Shown here piece after piece: positions 59,937 to 64,000 of a stretch of 64,000 nucleotides of DNA. This DNA comes from Candidatus Levyibacteriota bacterium (lineage in GTDB: Bacteria > Patescibacteriota > Microgenomatia > Levybacterales > UBA12049), in NCBI GenBank assembly GCA_016204465.1, contig JACQKQ010000012.1:16769-80768 (forward strand), given 5' to 3'. The notes beneath the pieces are model-generated. The model had not been told where the DNA came from. It saw only the letters and a program-made list of their open reading frames with translations, and searched no databases. Both the position numbers and the translations under genes were made by a program. Numbering within the stretch: the stretch's first letter is position 1; every line of letters begins with the position of its first letter.

Positions 59937-60902
59937 ATGAAAATCTACCAAGATTTTCCTCTATCAAAGATTCTCTACTATCGAATTGGTGGCACTGCGC
60001 GGTACGTTATTAATGTCCAGTCAATAGACGATGTAAAGGAGGCTCTTGTCTTCATTAAACAAGAAAATATTCCGCGCGTAATGCCGATTGGGCTTGGCGC
60101 AAATATTCTTGTAAACGACACACCGTTTGACGGCGCTATACTTTGGTTTAAAAAATCTAATTCTCGAAAGATTAGATTAACAAAAGAGGGTTTAATTGAG
60201 GCGTTTGCTTCAGAAATGCTTGACGAGCTTATTCAGTTTTCTTTTGCAAATAGCTCTGTCGGACTTGAATGGGCAGGAGGCTTGCCCAGCACTATTGGCG
60301 GAGCAATTAGGGGCAATGTAGGAGCGTATGGGGGAGAAATTAAAGACAACGTTGTGAAGGTCGAGGTGTTAGAGGTTGCACAAAACGGAGTAAATCAAAG
60401 AATAATGGCTCTTCAAGATTGTGATTTTTCTTACAGGAGCAGTTTCTTTAAAAAGAATAAAAATGTCTTTATCGTAGCCGGGTACTTTTCTCTTAAAAAG
60501 GGAAACAAGAAGGACGTAAAGGAAGCCAGAAGTATCTACGCTTCCCACATTGTTGAGAGAAAGGTAAATCATCCTCTTGAGTATCCAAATTGCGGATCGG
60601 TGTTTAAAAATATTGTTGAGACCAAAAAAGTTGCGAAAATTATTTCTGTCTGGCCTGAAGTTACAGAGTTTTCAGAGAATAAATGGCATGGTAAGATTGC
60701 CATGGGATACGTTATTAAACGACTTGGGTTTAGTGGATATCAAGTAGGCGGCGCGCAAGTTTCTGAAAAACATGCAAATTATATTATCAATATAAAAAAA
60801 GCTCGTTTTTCCGATGTAGTCGCAATCATAGAAACAATAAAAAGGACTTTTTATCAAACATTTGGTTTTTACCCAGATACTGAAGTAGAAATTATCTACT
60901 AA
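59937..60902 (+). CDS. murB: UDP-N-acetylenolpyruvoylglucosamine reductase
   Basis: IGG.A, G.GANIL, GNVGAYG, GSVFKN, SEKHANY. Confidence 0.95.
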   Translation: MKIYQDFPLSKILYYRIGGTARYVINVQSIDDVKEALVFIKQENIPRVMPIGLGANILVNDTPFDGAILWFKKSNSRKIRLTKEGLIEAFASEMLDELIQFSFANSSVGLEWAGGLPSTIGGAIRGNVGAYGGEIKDNVVKVEVLEVAQNGVNQRIMALQDCDFSYRSSFFKKNKNVFIVAGYFSLKKGNKKDVKEARSIYASHIVERKVNHPLEYPNCGSVFKNIVETKKVAKIISVWPEVTEFSENKWHGKIAMGYVIKRLGFSGYQVGGAQVSEKHANYIINIKKARFSDVVAIIETIKRTFYQTFGFYPDTEVEIIY

Positions 60903-60918
60903 GTGCTATAATGCAAAT

Positions 60919-62412
60919 ATGTTTTGGGCAGATGCACTGTTAGAAAAGCTTTCTGGCAAACAACGTATCAATGATTCTTTCACACCTTCGGGGCCTGTGC
61001 ATATGGGATCCCTTAAGGGGCCAATTCTTCATGACACTTTGTATAGGATATTAAAATCACAAAATAAAGAAGTTGAATTTTGGTACGGGTTTGATGATGC
61101 AGATCCAATCGATGGCTTACCAAAAGAACTACAGGAGTCGCATGAAAAATATTTAGGAGTGCCTCTTTTCCTTGCTCCTTCTCCAGAGAAAAAAGGATCA
61201 TTTGCGGATTATTTTATTAATAGGATGAAAAAGCTATTAGACCAGCTTGACATTCATCCAAAATATTACCGGACGAGTGAATTATATAAGGAAGGAATGT
61301 TTAATAATGCAATACAATTTATCTTAGATCATAGGCAAGAAGTAAGAGGTGTATATAGTAAAGTGTATAAAAAGGAGATAGCAAAAGATTGGTATCCCCT
61401 TCAGGTAATTTGTCCAAAGTGTGGAAAATTAGGAACAACAAAAGTGGTTAAGTGGGATGGAAAAGAAATTTCTTTTTTATGTGAAGAAAATCTGGTGAAA
61501 TGGGCAAAAGGTTGCGGATTTTCAGGAAAAGTATCGCCGTTTAATGGCACAAGCAAAATGCCCTGGAAGGTTGAATGGGCTGCAAAGTGGTGGACATTTG
61601 GCGTAACAATAGAGGGTGCAGGGAAGGATCATGCTTCGGCTGGAGGTTCTTACGATATTGCTATGAAGCTTACTAGCGAAGTATTTCGCACAAAACCGCC
61701 ATTAAAATTTGCATATGAATTTTTTCTTTCAGGAGGCAAAAAAATGTCATCTTCAAAAGGCCTTGGTCTTTGGGGAAATCAGTTATTGGAGGTTCTTCCA
61801 CCAGAAATAGTACATTTTCTTATGATTTATCTAAATCCTAATATCGCGGTTGAATTTAGTCCTACTGAAACAATACCAAAAATTTATGACTTGTACTCAC
61901 TTGCGGGACAAGATTATTTTTTTGATAAAAAAGATAAGAGATTGCCAATAATAAGAGCATATGAACTTTCGCAGTTAAAGAGTTTAAAAAAACCGCCAGC
62001 AGTTAGGTTTACAACGCTTGCACAATGGGCACAAATGCCGAATATGGAACAAAAAATAAAAGAAGAACATTTGGAGAGATGGGTAAAGTACGCACGAACT
62101 TGGGTTGACCGTTTTGCGCCGGAATCGGACAAATTTACTGTGCAAAAAAATGTTCCCGATGCTGTAAAAGAATTAACTGATGATCAAAAAAGATATCTCA
62201 AAAACGTTGTGCAACAACTAGAAAAAAAATGGGAGCCAGAAGATTTTCAAAAAAATCTCTATAATCTTGCAAAAAAAATTGGCATTTCTTCAAAAGACGC
62301 GTTCGCTGCGATATACCTTTCGCTGCTTGGAAAAAATCACGGCCCAAAAGCCGGCTGGCTTATTCTTTCATTGGATAATGAATTTGTTAAAAAGAGGTTT
62401 AATGAAATTTAG
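60919..62412 (+). CDS. lysS: Class I lysyl-tRNA synthetase
   Basis: PSGPVHMG, WKVEW, GKDH, KMSSSKG. Confidence 0.95.
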   Translation: MFWADALLEKLSGKQRINDSFTPSGPVHMGSLKGPILHDTLYRILKSQNKEVEFWYGFDDADPIDGLPKELQESHEKYLGVPLFLAPSPEKKGSFADYFINRMKKLLDQLDIHPKYYRTSELYKEGMFNNAIQFILDHRQEVRGVYSKVYKKEIAKDWYPLQVICPKCGKLGTTKVVKWDGKEISFLCEENLVKWAKGCGFSGKVSPFNGTSKMPWKVEWAAKWWTFGVTIEGAGKDHASAGGSYDIAMKLTSEVFRTKPPLKFAYEFFLSGGKKMSSSKGLGLWGNQLLEVLPPEIVHFLMIYLNPNIAVEFSPTETIPKIYDLYSLAGQDYFFDKKDKRLPIIRAYELSQLKSLKKPPAVRFTTLAQWAQMPNMEQKIKEEHLERWVKYARTWVDRFAPESDKFTVQKNVPDAVKELTDDQKRYLKNVVQQLEKKWEPEDFQKNLYNLAKKIGISSKDAFAAIYLSLLGKNHGPKAGWLILSLDNEFVKKRFNEI

Positions 62413-63871
62413 AACAATCCCCATTCTACTCCTACTTCTTTTCCTATTTTCGCGATTATACAATCTCACTTTACTTCCAATTTTTACCGATGAGTCAATT
62501 TATATTTACTGGGCAAAGTATATTGCGGTACACAATTCAAATTTTTTCATTTCACTTACCGATGGAAAGCCGCCGCTTTTCATTTGGATAATCACCCTGT
62601 TTGTCAAAATTTTTCCATCAACGTGGTATCTTGTTGCAGGCAGATTTGTTTCGGTGCTTGCCGGTGCCATCACCTTATTTGGCATGTATAAACTCTCACT
62701 GCTTCTTTTTAAATCACAGAGAATTGCATTGACAGCCGCATTTTTGGGGATCATCAATTCATTCATGCTCTTCTATGATCGCTTGGCACTTTACGATTCG
62801 TTTCTTTCTGCGATGCTAATTTGGGGTGTATATTTTGCGCTTAGAACTTCACAAACATTAAGAAAACGTGATGCTTTTTTGTGGGGACTGTTTTTAGGAT
62901 TAGCGCTTTTAACAAAACCGCCGGCAATTATTTTTTTATTCCTTACTCCAATTTGTTTTCTACTTGTTTCTAAGAAAAAGAATTTCATACTTCCTGCGAG
63001 TGCAGTAATCATTGGAGTATTTATGCAGAGTATTCAAAAACTTTCAGAGAACTTTCAAAAAATTCAGACAAAGAACGAGCAGTTTCAGCTTCCTTTCGCT
63101 ATATTACTCACAAGTCCGTTTCTTATGTTTGGAAAAAATATTGCTGAAATTGCACAATGGATGATTGCTTACTATACTCTGCCGTTTTTCGTTTTTGGTG
63201 TTATTGCTATTCTTTTTCTGTTCTACAAAAACAAAACAAACGGTGCTATCTTATTGCTACTTTGGTTGGTACCAATTTTTATTTTTGCATTTGTCGGAAA
63301 AATTATTTTTCCCCGATACATTTTATTCACAACGCCGTATTTTCTTATTGCTTGCGCATTTGCAGTCGAGCTTTTGTTCTTTAGCAAATATCTCAATGTA
63401 TTGTTGAAAGTTATTGTGGCTGTTGTTCTGTTTTTTTTAATGCTTCGTTTTGATTATTATATCCTCACGAATCCTTCATTCGCGCCGTTTCCTAAGGCCG
63501 AATATAATCAATACATTTCCGGTAAACCTTCGGGTTACGGACTTGATGAGGTGTTTGCTTTTTTAGAGAAAGAGCTTGATCAAGGCCCTCGCATTACACT
63601 TGTAACGCAGGGAAAATTTGGCCTTTTTCCTTATGCGTTTATGCTCAAATACTGGGGTGACAAACGAATCGAAGTTATGCCAAGCTGGATTCCAGAAAAG
63701 CACGACTTTGATTTGTATGCGCTTTCGAAATCAAGTAAGGTGTATGTTGTTTTTTGGGAAGAAAAGATAATACCGAAAGACTTGCCGCTTCGTCTTGTTC
63801 TAGAGGCGAAAAAACCCAGTAGTGAACACTCAATATTACTCACGGCATTGGAGGATTGGAAAAGTGAATAA
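62402..63871 (+). CDS. GT-C (ArnT/PMT-like) membrane glycosyltransferase
   Basis: DE after first TM, KPPL, many TM helices, RY. Confidence 0.82.
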   Translation: MKFRTIPILLLLLFLFSRLYNLTLLPIFTDESIYIYWAKYIAVHNSNFFISLTDGKPPLFIWIITLFVKIFPSTWYLVAGRFVSVLAGAITLFGMYKLSLLLFKSQRIALTAAFLGIINSFMLFYDRLALYDSFLSAMLIWGVYFALRTSQTLRKRDAFLWGLFLGLALLTKPPAIIFLFLTPICFLLVSKKKNFILPASAVIIGVFMQSIQKLSENFQKIQTKNEQFQLPFAILLTSPFLMFGKNIAEIAQWMIAYYTLPFFVFGVIAILFLFYKNKTNGAILLLLWLVPIFIFAFVGKIIFPRYILFTTPYFLIACAFAVELLFFSKYLNVLLKVIVAVVLFFLMLRFDYYILTNPSFAPFPKAEYNQYISGKPSGYGLDEVFAFLEKELDQGPRITLVTQGKFGLFPYAFMLKYWGDKRIEVMPSWIPEKHDFDLYALSKSSKVYVVFWEEKIIPKDLPLRLVLEAKKPSSEHSILLTALEDWKSE

Positions 63872-64000
63872 GATTCTCATTGGGTCTTACAACAAAGGAA
63901 AGCAACAGGAGATAAAAATTTTTTTATCTCCGCCAGCTGGCGGACTGCCTTTGCATTTTATTTTTCCGCAGGATTTAGGTATTACAGAAGATGTTGAAGA
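63864..64000 (+). CDS. Ham1/RdgB-type non-canonical NTP pyrophosphatase, 5' part
   Basis: Hand translation MNKILIGSYNKGKQQEI...DLGITEDVE matches the Ham1 N-terminal N.GK..E pattern. Confidence 0.7.
   Translation, partial: MNKILIGSYNKGKQQEIKIFLSPPAGGLPLHFIFPQDLGITEDVE

Overview
Core-genome window from a Candidate Phyla Radiation bacterium, most likely Microgenomates (inferred from no rpmD/L30, N-truncated L2, class I LysRS, many leaderless genes; standard code, TGA used as stop). It holds the 3' part of rpoC, a str operon broken by cargo genes, the S10-spc-alpha ribosomal cluster through rplM-rpsI, a small accessory region at tRNA-Pro(GGG) (Bro-N, TPR, GIY-YIG), recA-[RM + HEPN-like island]-recX-rny-HU, an ABC-2 transporter, RNase P RNA, a UvrD-PD(D/E)XK helicase-nuclease, rmuC, tsaD, an archaeal-type PPAT-DPCK fusion, greA, murB and lysS. 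The main unexplained signal is a layered population of tiny repeat elements. (1) Degenerate 7-, 8- and 10-bp-periodic arrays form inverted hairpins between genes and frame-preserving inserts in at least 10 conserved proteins. (2) Short GC-rich REP-like palindromes sit in those arrays, in ribosomal-protein tails, in RNase P RNA and inside each other, clustering near a small GIY-YIG nuclease. Candidate structured leaders precede rplC, rny and greA. Product calls come from recognised motifs, with no database search.
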